This document shows, piece after piece, positions 30,277-41,582 of a DNA stretch of 64,000 bases. Position 1 is the first letter of the stretch. Every line of letters begins with the position of its first letter. Both the position numbers and the translations under genes were made by a program. The DNA is from an uncultured Gemmatimonadales bacterium (GTDB lineage Bacteria; Gemmatimonadota; Gemmatimonadetes; Gemmatimonadales; GWC2-71-9). The stretch is from contig CAWJMT010000037.1 in assembly GCA_963844035.1 (NCBI GenBank), forward strand, positions 160,001-224,000. The letters run 5' to 3'. The notes below the pieces were generated by a model, which was given only the letters and a program-made list of their open reading frames with translations, was not told the DNA's origin and ran no database searches.

Positions 30277-33200
30277 ATGGGCGAGGGCATGAACCGCAGG
30301 CGGTTCCTGACGGTGCTCGGTGTCACCGGAGGCGGTGCCGCCGCCGTCGGTGCGTGTGGCGTCGGGGCAGAGTCGACGAAAAAGCTGATTCCCTATCTCG
30401 TCCAACCAGAAGACGAGGTGCCGGGCACGGCGACCATGTTCGCGACGACCTGCCGTGAGTGTGCTGCGGGCTGCGGCGTGCACGCGAAGGTCCGCGAGGG
30501 TCGCGTCATCAAGCTCGAAGGAAATCCCGAATCCCCGGTCAATCGCGGACGGCTGTGCGCCCGCGGCCAGGCGGCGCTGCAGGGCGTCTACAATCCCGAC
30601 CGCGTCACCGAGCCGCTCGCCCGCAACGCGCAGGGCGTGCTCGAAAAGGTCACCTGGGAAGTCGCGCTCGGGCACCTCAGCGCCAAAGTAAAGGCGGCCC
30701 GCGGCAAGGGGATCGTGTTCGTCACCGGCCACGAGGCGGGCAGCTTCGGTGACCTGGTGGATGAATGGGTCCAGACGGTGGGCGGGAAGCACGTCACCTA
30801 CGAGCCGTTCGGCTTCGAAGCGCTGCGCGAGGGGAATCGCCTCGCCTTTGGGACGGACGCCGTTCCTTCGTACGACCTGGCCAACGCCAAGTACATCCTG
30901 TCGTTCGGCGCCGACTTCCTCGACACCTGGCTGTCGCCCGTCGGCTACCAGGGAGCGTTTGCGCAATCCCACGGATTCCACGGCGAGCACGACGGGGGGA
31001 TGGCCAAGTTCGTCTTCGTCGGCCCGCGCATGTCCCTGACGGCGATGAATGCGGACGAGTGGATCGCCCCGGCTCCGGGGACCGAAGGCCTGCTCGCCCT
31101 GGCACTTGCCCAGGTGATCGTGCACGAGCGGCTCGGCGCGGCGGTGGAGATCGGGCGCGTGAGTGAGCTGCTCGGCCGGCATACCCCGCAGGCGGTCGCG
31201 GGCGCGGTCGGCATCGACGCCGCGGCGATCGAGCACCTGGCCCGCGAGTTCGCCAAGGCCAAGACCGGCGTGGCGCTGGCGGGCGGCATGGCGGCGCACT
31301 ATCCGAACGGCGCCGAGATCGTGGCCGCCGTGAATATCCTCAACTACGTGGTCGGAGCGGTGGGCAAGACGGTCGTGTTCGGACCGAATCAGAGCCTCGA
31401 CACGGTGAGTCCGTTCAAACGGATGGCCGACGTCGTGACCGACATGCAGGGCGGCAAGGTGGCCCTGCTGCTCGTGCACGGGGCGAATCCCGGGCACTCG
31501 CTGGGCGGCGGCTTCTGGCAGGCGTGGGCAAAGGTCGACTACAAGGTCAGCTTTTCGTCCTACCTCGACGAGACGGCAAGCGCCGCCGATCTCATCCTTC
31601 CCGATCTGCACCCGCTCGAGCAGTGGAACGACAGTCGCCCGCGCGCCGGCGTGTTCGCGCTGCAGCAGCCCGTCATGCAGCAGGTGTTCCCCAACACGCG
31701 CCAGACCGGCGACGTGCTGCTCTCCCTCGCCGGGAAAGTCCGACACGTTCAAGGACTACCTGCAGGGGCGGTGGAAGGCGGTCCACGCGCGGCACGGGCG
31801 GGGCAAGGCCTTCGCGGACTTCTGGAACGATGCGTTGCAGCACGGCGGCGTGTACGCCGACGCGCCGGCTCAGTCGGTCCGCCTCGGCGCCGATGCGGCC
31901 CATATCATGGCGGGCGCGCCCGCCGAGCCCGCGTTCGAGGGCAAGACCGGCGATCCCGTGCTGGTCGCGTTCCCGTCGATGGCGCTGCACGACGGGCGCG
32001 GAGCCAACAAGTCGTGGCTTCAGGAGCTGCCCGATCCGGTCTCGAAGATCGCCTGGCACGCCTGGGTCGAGGTGCATCCCGACACTGCCGCCAAGTGGTC
32101 GGTCACCGACGGCGATTTCCTGATGCTGCAATCACCCCATGGATCGGTGCGCGCGCCCGTCGCGGTCACCCCGGGCATCCGTCCCGACGTGATCGCCGTT
32201 CCCACCGGGCAGGGGCATACGGCCTACGGCCGTTACGCGCAGGACCGATCGTTCAACGCGTTCGATCTGCTCTCGGCCGGTGCGAACGCCTACGGCGGCC
32301 GCACCTTCACCGTCCGGGTGTCGACCCAGCGACCGGCGAGCATCGCTTCCTCGCCACCAGCTCAGGCGACCCCAGAGGGTTCGGCGGCGGCGAGGATATC
32401 GTCAAGGTGCTCCCGGTCGCGGAGGCCGTGAAGCTCCACCCGGGCGAGAGCCATTTCCAGCATCGAGGAAGCTCCAGCAGTACGCGGAGCACGCCCTGGA
32501 GGGTTGGGCGGAGGCGCAGCACAAGAAGGCGACCCTCGGGGACTACAAGGGCGATCATCCCCGCTGGGGGATGGCCGTGGACCTGGCGAAGTGCACCGGG
32601 TGCTCGGCGTGCGTGACGGCGTGCTACGCGGAGAACAACCTTGCCACGGTCGGCGAAGACCTGTTCATGCGCCACCGCCAGATGAGCTGGCTGCGCATCG
32701 AGCGGTACTGGCGCGGCGGCGAGCACGGCGAGCCGGTGCGCGGTGTCGTCGTCTCCGATGATGTGCCAGCAGTGCGAGATGGCGCCGTGCGAGCCCGTGT
32801 GTCCGGTGTACGCCGCCTACCACACGCCCGACGGATTGAACGCCCAGGTGTACAATCGCTGCGTCGGCACGCGCTACTGTGCCAACAACTGCCCCTACAA
32901 GGTGCGGTACTTCAACTGGTACGACTTCGCGGAGGTCGGTGGCGAATACGAGGCCTGGCCGTCGCCGCTCGAGTGGCAGCTCAACCCGGACGTCACGGTG
33001 CGCGAGAAGGGTGTGATGGAGAAGTGCACGTTCTGCGTGCAGCGCATCCGCGGCGCGCAGAATCAGGCCCGCCTGGGAGATCGCGCCGTGCAGGACGGCG
33101 ATATCACGCCGGCGTGCGCCCAGTCGTGCCCGTCGGATGCGATTGTGTTCGGCGACCTGCACGACGCCACGTCCCGCGTCGCCCAGCTGTCGGCGAATCC

Positions 33201-33285
33201 GCGCGGCTATCACGTGTTCGAGGCGCTCAACACCAAGCCGGCGGTTACCTATCTCGCGCGTGTCGTCCATGAACAGGAGGCCTGA
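30277..33285 (+). CDS. actB: Alternative complex III subunit B (Tat-exported molybdopterin-oxidoreductase fold fused to an Fe-S domain); frameshifts near 31740, 32330, 32465 and 32750
   Basis: MNRRRFL Tat signal; [66 protein letters not shown]. Confidence 0.9.
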
Positions 33286-33291
33286 GTAACG

Positions 33292-34653
33292 ATGGCGACG
33301 ACCACCGCACCGGAACACACTACGGAGACGCACGTCACGTACGATACCGTCACGAAGACGGTCATGCGGACGCTGGGCAATCCGGGGAAAGGCTACTACG
33401 CGCTGCTGGGCACGGCTGTGGGCATGCTCACGGTCGGCGTCATCTGCCTGCTGTACCTGCTGCGTTTCGGGTTGGGGCTCGCCGGGTACTCGATGCCGAC
33501 GTACTGGGCGATCTACATCACCTGCTTCGTGTTCTGGGTCGGTATCGCGCATTCGGGCACGCTGATTTCGGCGATTCTCTTCCTGTTCCGCGCCGGGATG
33601 GCGGACGGCGGTGTACCGCTGCGCCGAGATCATGACGGTGTTCGCCGTGATGACCGCCGGCCTGTTCCCGCTGATTCACATCGGCCGCCAGTGGTTCTTC
33701 TACTGGCTGGTCCCGTATCCCAACGAGCGCGGGCTGTGGCCCAACTTCAAGTCGCCGCTCGTGTGGGATGAGTTCGCGATCGGGACGTACTTCACCGTCT
33801 CGACCTGCTTCCTCATCATGGGCCTGATCCCCGACATCGCGGCGGTGCGCGACATGGCCACCGGGTGGCGCCGCAAGATGTACCAGCTCACGTCGCTCGG
33901 GTGGCGCGGCACCAACGAGCAGTGGCGCCACTACCGTCCGGCGTACCTCTACCTGGCGGCGCTCGCCACGCCGCTGGTGTTGTCGGTGCACAGCGTCGTG
34001 TCCTGGGACTTCGCGATGGCGCAGGTCCCCGGATGGCACGAAACGCTGTTCGCGCCCTACTTCGTGGCCGGCGCGATCTACTCGGGCTGCGCGATGGTGA
34101 TCACGCTGCTCGTGCCGTTACGCCACTACTTCCACCTGGAAGAGATCGTCACGATCCGCCACTTCGAGAACCTGTCGAAGTTGTGCCTCGCGACGGGCAT
34201 GATCGTGTGCTATGCGTACCGGTCGAGCACTTCATCGCGTGGTACGGCGGCCCGACGCCTGAGCGGGAGGCGTTCTTCTATCGCGCGTTCGGCAAGTTCT
34301 GGTGGGCCGGCTGGACGATGAACATCTGCAACGCGTTCCTGCCGTGGTTGCTCTGGTTCAAGAAGGTCCGCACCAACATCACGGCGCTGTTCGTCATCGC
34401 ATTCTTCGTGAACCTCGGGATGTGGATGGAGCGGTTCGTGATCATCGCGGTCCACCTGGCCGGCGAGCCGTTCAACAAGTTCGTCACGGCGGGCTACAAC
34501 GCCACGTGGGCCGACTGGGGAATCATGGTCGGGAGCTTCGGCTGGTTCTTCATGTGGTTCCTGCTCTTCGTCAAGAACTTCCCGTCGGTGTCGATCGCCG
34601 AAGTGAAGGAAGAGCTGCCGCCGCCGCAGCGCGCGACTGCGAGGCACGCGTGA
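33292..34653 (+). CDS. actC: Alternative complex III NrfD-like quinol-oxidising subunit; frameshifts near 33600 and 34220
   Basis: [58 protein letters not shown]. Confidence 0.93.
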
Positions 34654-35195
34654 CCCTCGCCAATCCCCTGGCCGCCATCTTCGCCCCTCCCCCGACGCCG
34701 GGCGTGCTCGCCGTCTTCGGCCATCTGGATTCGACGGTCAGCGCGATCGAAGAATTGAAGCGCAGCGGGCACCGGGACTTCACCGTGTACTCCCCGCTGC
34801 CGCGGCACGAACTGGAGCACGCCCTCGCCCAGCCGGTCAGTCCGGTGCGCGCCTACACGCTCGTCGGCGGAATCTCCGGATGCGCGATCGGTGCCTGGAT
34901 CTCGTTGTACATGTCCTGGGATTGGCCGTTGGTGGTGGGAGGCAAACCGATCGGGTCGGTTCCCCCCTACGTCGTCATCATGTTCGAAATGACGGTGCTG
35001 TTCGGCGCCCTGACGACGTTGCTCGGGATCGTCTTCAACGTGCTCCTGGCGGCACGGCAGCAGGGGACCATCGCGTATGACCCGCGCTTCACGAACGACA
35101 AGTTCGGCATCTTCGTCCCCGCCGATACGGCGCAGGCCGGCCGTGTGGAGACGCTCCTCAAAGGCTGCGGGGCGGAGGAGGTGCGACGTGGGTAA
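34650..35195 (+). CDS. actD: Alternative complex III subunit D (DUF3341)
   Basis: YSPLP, WPLVVGGKP, IMFEMTVLFGAL, YDPRFTNDKFG. Confidence 0.9.
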   Translation: MTLANPLAAIFAPPPTPGVLAVFGHLDSTVSAIEELKRSGHRDFTVYSPLPRHELEHALAQPVSPVRAYTLVGGISGCAIGAWISLYMSWDWPLVVGGKPIGSVPPYVVIMFEMTVLFGALTTLLGIVFNVLLAARQQGTIAYDPRFTNDKFGIFVPADTAQAGRVETLLKGCGAEEVRRG

Positions 35196-35729
35196 GGGCG
35201 TGCTGGTCGCCGTGAGCGCGTTGCTGGCCCTGGCCTGTCAGCCGGAGGACGTCATCCACCGGTTCAGCTGGTTCGACAACATGATCAACCAGCGCAGCAT
35301 CAAGCCGTACTCCATGCCGCGCAATCCGGTGGAGGGGACCGTGCCCGTCACCGGTGCGCCGGTCGCGTTCGACGGCGAGACGGCCGACCGGATCACGAAC
35401 CCCCGCACGCGCACGTCGGCCTCGATCAACCGCGGGAAGATCGTCTACGAGACGTACTGCCTGATCTGCCACGGCGAGCGGCGGGAACGGCGACGGGCCC
35501 GATCTCCGCCGACGCGGGCGGACCGTTCGCCGGGATCGCCTCGCTCGTGAGCGATGACGCCAACCGGCGGACCGACGGATACCTCTTCGGGGTGATCGTG
35601 AACGCGCAAGCCATGGGACGCGCACTGATGCCCCGCTACGGCGACAAGATCCGCGGCACGGATCGGTGGGACCTCGTGAACTATGTCCGCACGCTGCAAG
35701 GACTCGCGCGCAGCGGAGGCGGACGATGA
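35188..35729 (+). CDS. actE: Alternative complex III monoheme cytochrome c lipoprotein; frameshift(s) near 35480
   Basis: Lipobox ALAC; MPRNPVEGTVP; YCLICHG; DGYLFGVI; MPRYG; DRWDLVNYVRTLQ. Confidence 0.88.
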
Positions 35730-36940
35730 GCGCCGTGACCGTGTCGCGGGCGGAGCTCGCGGAGAAGGCACGCCGGGCGCCGGTCGGGACGTTCAACACC
35801 TATGGCGCCATCGCCGCCGCCATCGGCGGGGCGGCGTTCCTGTGGGCGCTCGCCGGCGGCAGTGCCGATCGCGCGTGGCAGGCCTACCACACGAACTTCG
35901 TCTTCTGGACCGTCATCGCCCAGGCGCTGGTCGTATTCGCCGCGACGCAGAAGCTCGCCAAGGGACATTGGGCCGGCCTGATGATCCGGTTTGCCGAGGC
36001 CGCGGTCGCGTTCCAGTTCGTCGCGATCGTGCTGTTCGTCGGGCTGTTCCTGGGACGCGTCCATTTGTTCGGGTGGCTGCGCGGCGTGCCGCGGGACTAC
36101 CTCGGCTCCTGGTTTACGACCGGACCGTTCTTCATCCGCAACGGGCTCATCCTGGTGTTGCTCGCCTGGGTCTCCTGGCGGTTCGTGCGCCGCGACCTGG
36201 CTCCCGATATCCGCGAGCTCGCTGAAAAGCGACCCATCGATCCCGACGCGCACGAAAAGGGACTCATCAGCCGCGAAGCGGCGATCCTGGTACTCTCGTA
36301 CGCCTTCGGCTATTCGCTGCTCGCGTTCGACTTCGTCGTGTCGCTCAACCACAAATGGATGAGCAACCTGTACGGCGCCTTCTACTTCATGGGTGGCTTC
36401 CTGGGCGCGCTCGGGACCCTGGCCATCCTGTCGGTCAGTTTGCGTCGCGCGATGGGACTCGACGGTCTGCTGTCCACCAAGCAGCTGCACGACCTCGGCA
36501 AACTACTGTTCGGATTTACGGTGTTCTGGGGCTACCTGATGTGGTCGCAGTTCCTCGTGATCTGGTACGGCAACATGCCCGAGGAGACGTACTTCGTCTG
36601 GTATCGCCTGTGGGGCGCGTGGCGGCCCGTGGGTGCGACGGTGTTCGTGATGGTGTTCGTGACCCCGTTCCTCGGGTTGCTGGGCGCCAAACCGAAGAAG
36701 TTCCCGCCCACCCTGGTGGGCTTCGCGTTGATCAGCCTGACCGGACTGTGGCTCGAGCGCTACCTGGAGGTGGTGCCGTCCGTGAGCGCGGGCGCCGGTC
36801 CCGCCATCGGCGTGCCGGAAATCGGCGCCACCCTGCTGTTCGGGGGCCTGTTCCTCCTGTCGCTCGGCTGGTTTGCGGGACGCTATCCCATGCTTTCGCC
36901 CAGGCTCGCCGCCGATACGCTGGAGCGCGAGGCGCACTAG
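35726..36940 (+). CDS. actF: Alternative complex III subunit F
   Basis: About 10 TM segments; HDLGKLLFGFTVFWGYLMWSQFLVIWYGNMPEE. Confidence 0.92.
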   Translation: MSAVTVSRAELAEKARRAPVGTFNTYGAIAAAIGGAAFLWALAGGSADRAWQAYHTNFVFWTVIAQALVVFAATQKLAKGHWAGLMIRFAEAAVAFQFVAIVLFVGLFLGRVHLFGWLRGVPRDYLGSWFTTGPFFIRNGLILVLLAWVSWRFVRRDLAPDIRELAEKRPIDPDAHEKGLISREAAILVLSYAFGYSLLAFDFVVSLNHKWMSNLYGAFYFMGGFLGALGTLAILSVSLRRAMGLDGLLSTKQLHDLGKLLFGFTVFWGYLMWSQFLVIWYGNMPEETYFVWYRLWGAWRPVGATVFVMVFVTPFLGLLGAKPKKFPPTLVGFALISLTGLWLERYLEVVPSVSAGAGPAIGVPEIGATLLFGGLFLLSLGWFAGRYPMLSPRLAADTLEREAH

Positions 36941-37041
36941 CCTGCGCCCAAGGCGGGCGACGGCTCTTTCCGAGACTACACGGGTAGTAGGTGAGCGCCT
37001 AGATTAGGTTCTGGGCCTCCACGTACCAACCCGGAGATGTC

Positions 37042-37536
37042 ATGCGATTACAGTTGTTGATGCTGGCGGGAGTCCTGTCGCTGGTGGCGTGTTTGCCGCT
37101 CAGCGACTCCGCAAACTCGGGCAACAACATCTACGTCAGCAATTTCGCTTTCAATCCTGTGCTCGACAGCGGCACCGCGGACAAGAACGACACGCTCGTC
37201 GTGACGTTCCGCTGGGCCGATTCGGCCACGGGCATTGGGCACTCGATCGTGTGGGATTCGGGGCCGCCGCCGACCCCGCCGAACACCGGAGTCATCTACT
37301 CGGGATTCCAGACGTACATTCTCACACCCGGGCGATACTACTACCATTGCGGTGTACACGGCGAAAACTTCGGTATGTACGGGGTGATCGACGTCATCGC
37401 GTTCGGCACGCCGACGATGAGCAGGGTGACGGATTCCCGTCGCTCGCTTCCCGAACTCGTTACTCGACCGAGTCCAGCAGTCGTGCCAGAGCGTCCGCGG
37501 CGAGCGGGCCGGCGATCTCAACCCGCAGCGAGCTGA
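37042..37536 (+). CDS. Cupredoxin (type 1 copper, plastocyanin-like) lipoprotein
   Basis: Lipobox LVAC; NFAFNP; GHSIVW; YYYHCGVHGENFGMYG supplies the H...C-x2-H-x5-M ligand set. Confidence 0.8.
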   Translation: MRLQLLMLAGVLSLVACLPLSDSANSGNNIYVSNFAFNPVLDSGTADKNDTLVVTFRWADSATGIGHSIVWDSGPPPTPPNTGVIYSGFQTYILTPGRYYYHCGVHGENFGMYGVIDVIAFGTPTMSRVTDSRRSLPELVTRPSPAVVPERPRRAGRRSQPAAS

Positions 37537-38374
37537 CGTAGCGCGCCTGTTTCTCCTCATGTAACGCCGCGCTCGCGCTAGCACTCGGAGCCGCGCGAGC
37601 GCGGCCGGACGAAGGTGGGGCGGCGTCGACCCGCCCCATGCTGATCGCCCGGGTCTCGTACAAGCGAATCACAATCCCGGGTTTCCACTCCTGCTCGATC
37701 AGCACCACGCCATCGCCGGCCGGACTGCGGGCCATGCGACGCACGGCCACTCCGGGCAGCACCGCCGGGGCTCGGCCGAGTAAGGCGTGAGCGCCGTCGG
37801 CGTCGAGCGCCGGCCATGCGGCCACCTCGTCGCGCGGCACCGCGAGCTCGGCGGCAGCCGCTGGACGAACATCTTCCTCGCGGCCAGCCACGGCCGCGGG
37901 TGGCGCTGCAGCGCGCCGCTCGGCTGAACGCTGCAGCGGCGCGACCGCGGGCGGCGTCTGGGCGATCGGCGCGCGTTTTGCCTTCGCCGCCCCTGTCGCC
38001 GGGGCCTGATCGACCGGAGCAGGAGCTTCCGTCGCGACCTGGATCGCCGAGTTCGCCAGCTCGGTCGCCACCCGCTTTCCTTGCGCATACCACCCGGCCA
38101 CAAACGCGATCGTCACCGTCGCCGCCCATGCGGCGGGGATGCGCCACCCCGGCGCGTGTGAGCGCCGCGCTGCGGGGAAGGCAGGCAACGCGCGCTTGGG
38201 AGGAGTGGCCCGCGCCAGCAGCTCGCTCGCGCGAGCCACCAGCGCGCGCGCTTCCTCGAGACGCGCGCGACACGCGGCGCACTCCCCCAGGTGGGCGAGG
38301 ACCTGGTCTCGCTCGGCGCCGTCCAGCTCACCGTCGAGATAGGTGTGCAGCAGCCCTTCATCGACGTGCGACAT
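37460..38374 (-). CDS. Zinc-finger (zf-HC2) anti-sigma factor
   Basis: MSHVDEGLLHTYLDGEL...HLGECAAC, then a TM segment AAWAATVTIAFVAGW. Confidence 0.88.
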   Translation of the reverse strand: MSHVDEGLLHTYLDGELDGAERDQVLAHLGECAACRARLEEARALVARASELLARATPPKRALPAFPAARRSHAPGWRIPAAWAATVTIAFVAGWYAQGKRVATELANSAIQVATEAPAPVDQAPATGAAKAKRAPIAQTPPAVAPLQRSAERRAAAPPAAVAGREEDVRPAAAAELAVPRDEVAAWPALDADGAHALLGRAPAVLPGVAVRRMARSPAGDGVVLIEQEWKPGIVIRLYETRAISMGRVDAAPPSSGRARAAPSASASAALHEEKQARYVSSLRVEIAGPLAADALARLLDSVE

Positions 38375-38861
38375 GATTCTCCTTGCCTCCGGACTCATGG
38401 GCTTCCACCAGGCGGCGCCGGGCCCGTGCCAGCGTCGTGCCCACCGCCGCGCGCGCGAGGCCGGTCTGCGCGGCGATCTCGTCGTACGAAAGCTCCGCGT
38501 CCCACAACAACAACACCTCGCGGTCGCGCGGCGTGAGCTGCTCGAGCGCCGCCTGAAGGCGCGACCGCTCGTCTTCGTCGTGCATCCGCGCGTCGGACGC
38601 CGGTGCGGTGGGCGGGGGCTCACTCTTCAGCAGGGTGAGGTGCCGCCGTTCGCGGGCCGCACGCCGGGCGTCGTCCCGCGCCATGTTCGCGGCGACGATG
38701 AACAACCATCCCCGAGGATTGGTCGGGCGATGGACGAGCGCCCGGGCAAACGCTTCCTGCGCGAGATCCTCCGCGCGGTCCGGGTCCCAGACCTTGCGGT
38801 ACAGGAAGCGCACCAGCGCCTGGTACGTCGTGCGAAATACTTCGGCTAGCTCGTCGGCCAT
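38358..38861 (-). CDS. ECF RNA polymerase sigma factor
   Basis: AEDLAQEAF, WLFIVAANMARD, LTPRDREVLLL, LSYDEIA, VGTTLARARRRL. Confidence 0.93.
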   Translation of the reverse strand: MADELAEVFRTTYQALVRFLYRKVWDPDRAEDLAQEAFARALVHRPTNPRGWLFIVAANMARDDARRAARERRHLTLLKSEPPPTAPASDARMHDEDERSRLQAALEQLTPRDREVLLLWDAELSYDEIAAQTGLARAAVGTTLARARRRLVEAHESGGKENHVARR

Positions 38862-38866
38862 GGGCT

Positions 38867-38955
38867 AGTGCGGAATGTGGAGTGCGGAGTGCGGAATGAC
38901 GAGACATTTCACAATGCCGCAGTCGCTCCGCATTCCGCACTCCACAATCCGCATT
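38867..38955. repeat. Inverted heptamer tandem arrays forming a hairpin between the vWA gene and the ECF sigma gene
   Basis: AGTGCGG-AATGTGG-AGTGCGG-AGTGCGG-AATG (38867-98) versus CTCCGCA-TTCCGCA-CTCCACA-ATCCGCA-TT (38926-55). Confidence 0.85.
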
Positions 38956-38959
38956 GGAA

Positions 38960-41123
38960 TCAGCTCCTGAAGTCCCGAACCAGCGCGTCCAGCTCTCCGG
39001 TGCTCCAGCTGGTCTTGCCCCGCGCACCAATCTTGATGCTCACGCGCCGTCCCGCCACGACGACCGCGGGGTCGAGCGCCGCCGACTTCACCATCTCGGG
39101 GAGGGCCCGCATCAGGGCGAAGTAGGCCTCACTGAACGCTTCAACCGCGACCACCGGCAACGAATCGCCGTGCCGGAGGTCGGTCCAGACGCTGTCGCGC
39201 CACACGAACACCCGGCCTCCCACCTGCTTGGTCCGGGCCGCCCCCATTCCGCCTCTGGTGGCCTGGTCGAGCTCGAGCGCCTCAGCGGCGACCGCCGTGC
39301 TTGCCGCCTGGGCATCGCGCCGCGCCTTGGCGACCGACGGAGCGCCGAACTGCTGCGACGGGCGCCGGGACGGGGCTCATTGACCGCTCGAGCTGACGTT
39401 GCGCGACGACGCCCGGTTCCTGCACCAGGTAGGCCGTGTACTCGGTGAGGATCCCGTAGCGGAGCGCCAGGTCCCTGAGCTCCTTCATTACCTCGGGGGT
39501 CTGGCCGTGGAGCCGGATCTCGCGGCCCAGGGCGCCGGCTTTGCGCGCGGCCCACAGGTGCGCGACGTAGTCGGTCCCGGCGGGGGCGTCCCCGGTGGTG
39601 CGGGTCGTGAACCGCTGCTCGCGGCTGGCGCGGCGGCCGGTCACGGTGACTCCCCAGGAGCCGCTACCGTAGCTGCGATATCGCCCCAGGACGACCATCT
39701 CATCACCGGCGAACAGGTCCGGCAGGTTGCCGGGCTGAAGGTCGTACAGCTCGACCCCGTCGCCCGAAAGCGCGAGGTCGGTCAGGACCGGGCTCGCGAT
39801 CTTGGCCGTGAGCGAACCGACGGCGGCTTCGATGCTGCGCGCCCTGTCCCACGTATTCCGTCGTGCCGCGGGCCCGCTCGGTCAGCCGGTCGAGCAGGTA
39901 GGTGTTGACGTCATACCCGATGCCGAAGGAAAAGACGCGGAACTGTCCGCGATTCCGGTCGGCCGCATCGGCGATCCGTTCGGGATTCGTCTCGCTGACG
40001 GTGGGGAGGCCGTCGGTGAGGAAGACCACGACGCCGAGCGATCCCTCGGCCGGGGCGGCGGCGAACGCCTCGGTCAGGGCGCCCGCGATGTTGGTACCGC
40101 CTTCCGCCGTGAGCGAGCGGACCCAGTCCTGCGCATCGCGCACGTTGTCTGGAGTCACCTCCCGCCAACCGGAGGAATGGCGTACGCACGGTGCTCGAGA
40201 ACGCGATCAGCCGGAACCGGTCCCCCGAGCGCAGCGCGCCGACGAGCTGCACCAGCGCTGCCTTCGCCTGGTTGAGCTTCTCCCCCGACATGGAGCCGGA
40301 GACGTCGAGCACCGCGACCAGGTCGCGCCGCAGCGTTCGCTCGGTCACCTGACCCGGCGCCACCAGGACCATGAAGAACCCATCCCGCTCGCTGCCCGGC
40401 CGGTGTGTAATGAGGGACATCCCCACGAGCCCGCGGGTGAGCGGCAACAGGACCTCGAGGTCGCCGCTCCAGGTCGCGTCCGCCAGCGTCACCTCCATCT
40501 GGTCGCCCCGGCGCACGGCGGTGACGCGGTGCGTGGGCGAATAGGGCTCGCCGATCCGGCTGGCGCTATCGATCTGCATGTGAAAGCTGCGCGGCGTCGC
40601 ATCGGCACCGCTCGCATAGCGCAGCCGCCACGCGTCGCCTAAGCGATCCAGGACCTGGATGTAGCGCAGGGTGATCTTGCGAGTCTCGCCGGGGCCGATC
40701 GGAAAGACGCGGGCGCGGATCATGCCGTGCCCGGCCAGCTCAATCAGGGCCGGGTCGCGCTTTTGCCGGACGATCGCCTCGTAGATGGAGCGCGCTTGCG
40801 TCGCGTCCATCATTTCCCCTTTCAGCTCCTGATCTCCCTGCCACAGGGAGTATTCGCTGAATACGGCCTCGCCAGGGAGCGGATAGACGTAGCTCCCTTC
40901 ACCCATGATCGGGCCGGTGTTGCGAAACCACTCTTCGACGGTGACGCGCGCCACGCGTCCGCTGACCGCGACCTGCACGGCGCTGCGCAGCTTTTCGATG
41001 CGTCCGCCCGGGACGGGGCGAATGGGCTCGATCCAGCCCTGGCCGGCGACGCGCCGCGGGCAACGTGATACACGTCACGAGCAGCGCACAGGCTGCCCGG
41101 CTCAACACGATCAATCGGGACAC
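38960..41123 (-). CDS. Secreted VIT + von Willebrand A domain protein; several frameshifts
   Basis: VTVEEWFRN...YEAIVRQKRDPALIE (VIT); VLDVSGSMSG, GGTNI, FLTDGLPT, FGIGYDVN (vWA MIDAS); YGILTEYTAYLV; GGAG ribosome-binding site before GTG 41123. Confidence 0.88.
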
Positions 41124-41245
41124 AATATCTGCTCCAGTACGAGGTGCCATGAGAGACGTTCGAGGGGGCGGATATTGCACAGGGTTGCGGAAACGGCGCG
41201 TGGGGGTTTCATACTTGCGCCCAACACGAACTGAGATCGCCGCAC

Positions 41246-41575
41246 GTGCCGCGTTACACGTTCCACCGCGTCTCCGCGCTTCCCGCCACGGACGAAGGGC
41301 TCCGGCGCTACGTCGAGCTGAGCGGCTCCGACGGGCTCTCGGGCGTGACCATCCGCCGCACCGTGATGCAGCCGGGGGCGGTGATCCCGGTCGCGGTTGA
41401 GGACGTCGGCCAGCTGTTCGTCACGATCTCGGGGCGCGGGGTGATGCTGCTCGACGGCGCCCGTATCGAAGTGTCAGCCAACGAGGTGGTCTTCGTGCAA
41501 CCGGGGTGCCCGTGCGGGCTCCAGACCCTCGGCGGGTCGGCCTGGACCTATCTGCTGCTCCAGTCGGGCGGCTGA
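41246..41575 (+). CDS. Cupin-domain protein
   Basis: MQPGAVIP...FVTISGRG...VVFVQPG cupin pattern, lacking the His ligands. Confidence 0.65.
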   Translation: MPRYTFHRVSALPATDEGLRRYVELSGSDGLSGVTIRRTVMQPGAVIPVAVEDVGQLFVTISGRGVMLLDGARIEVSANEVVFVQPGCPCGLQTLGGSAWTYLLLQSGG

Positions 41576-41582
41576 AGCGCGC

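Noticed and set aside
29691..36940. Qrc or polysulfide/nitrite reductase complex
   Set aside because: DUF3341, a monoheme lipoprotein and a second NrfD-like subunit in ABCDEF order define ACIII
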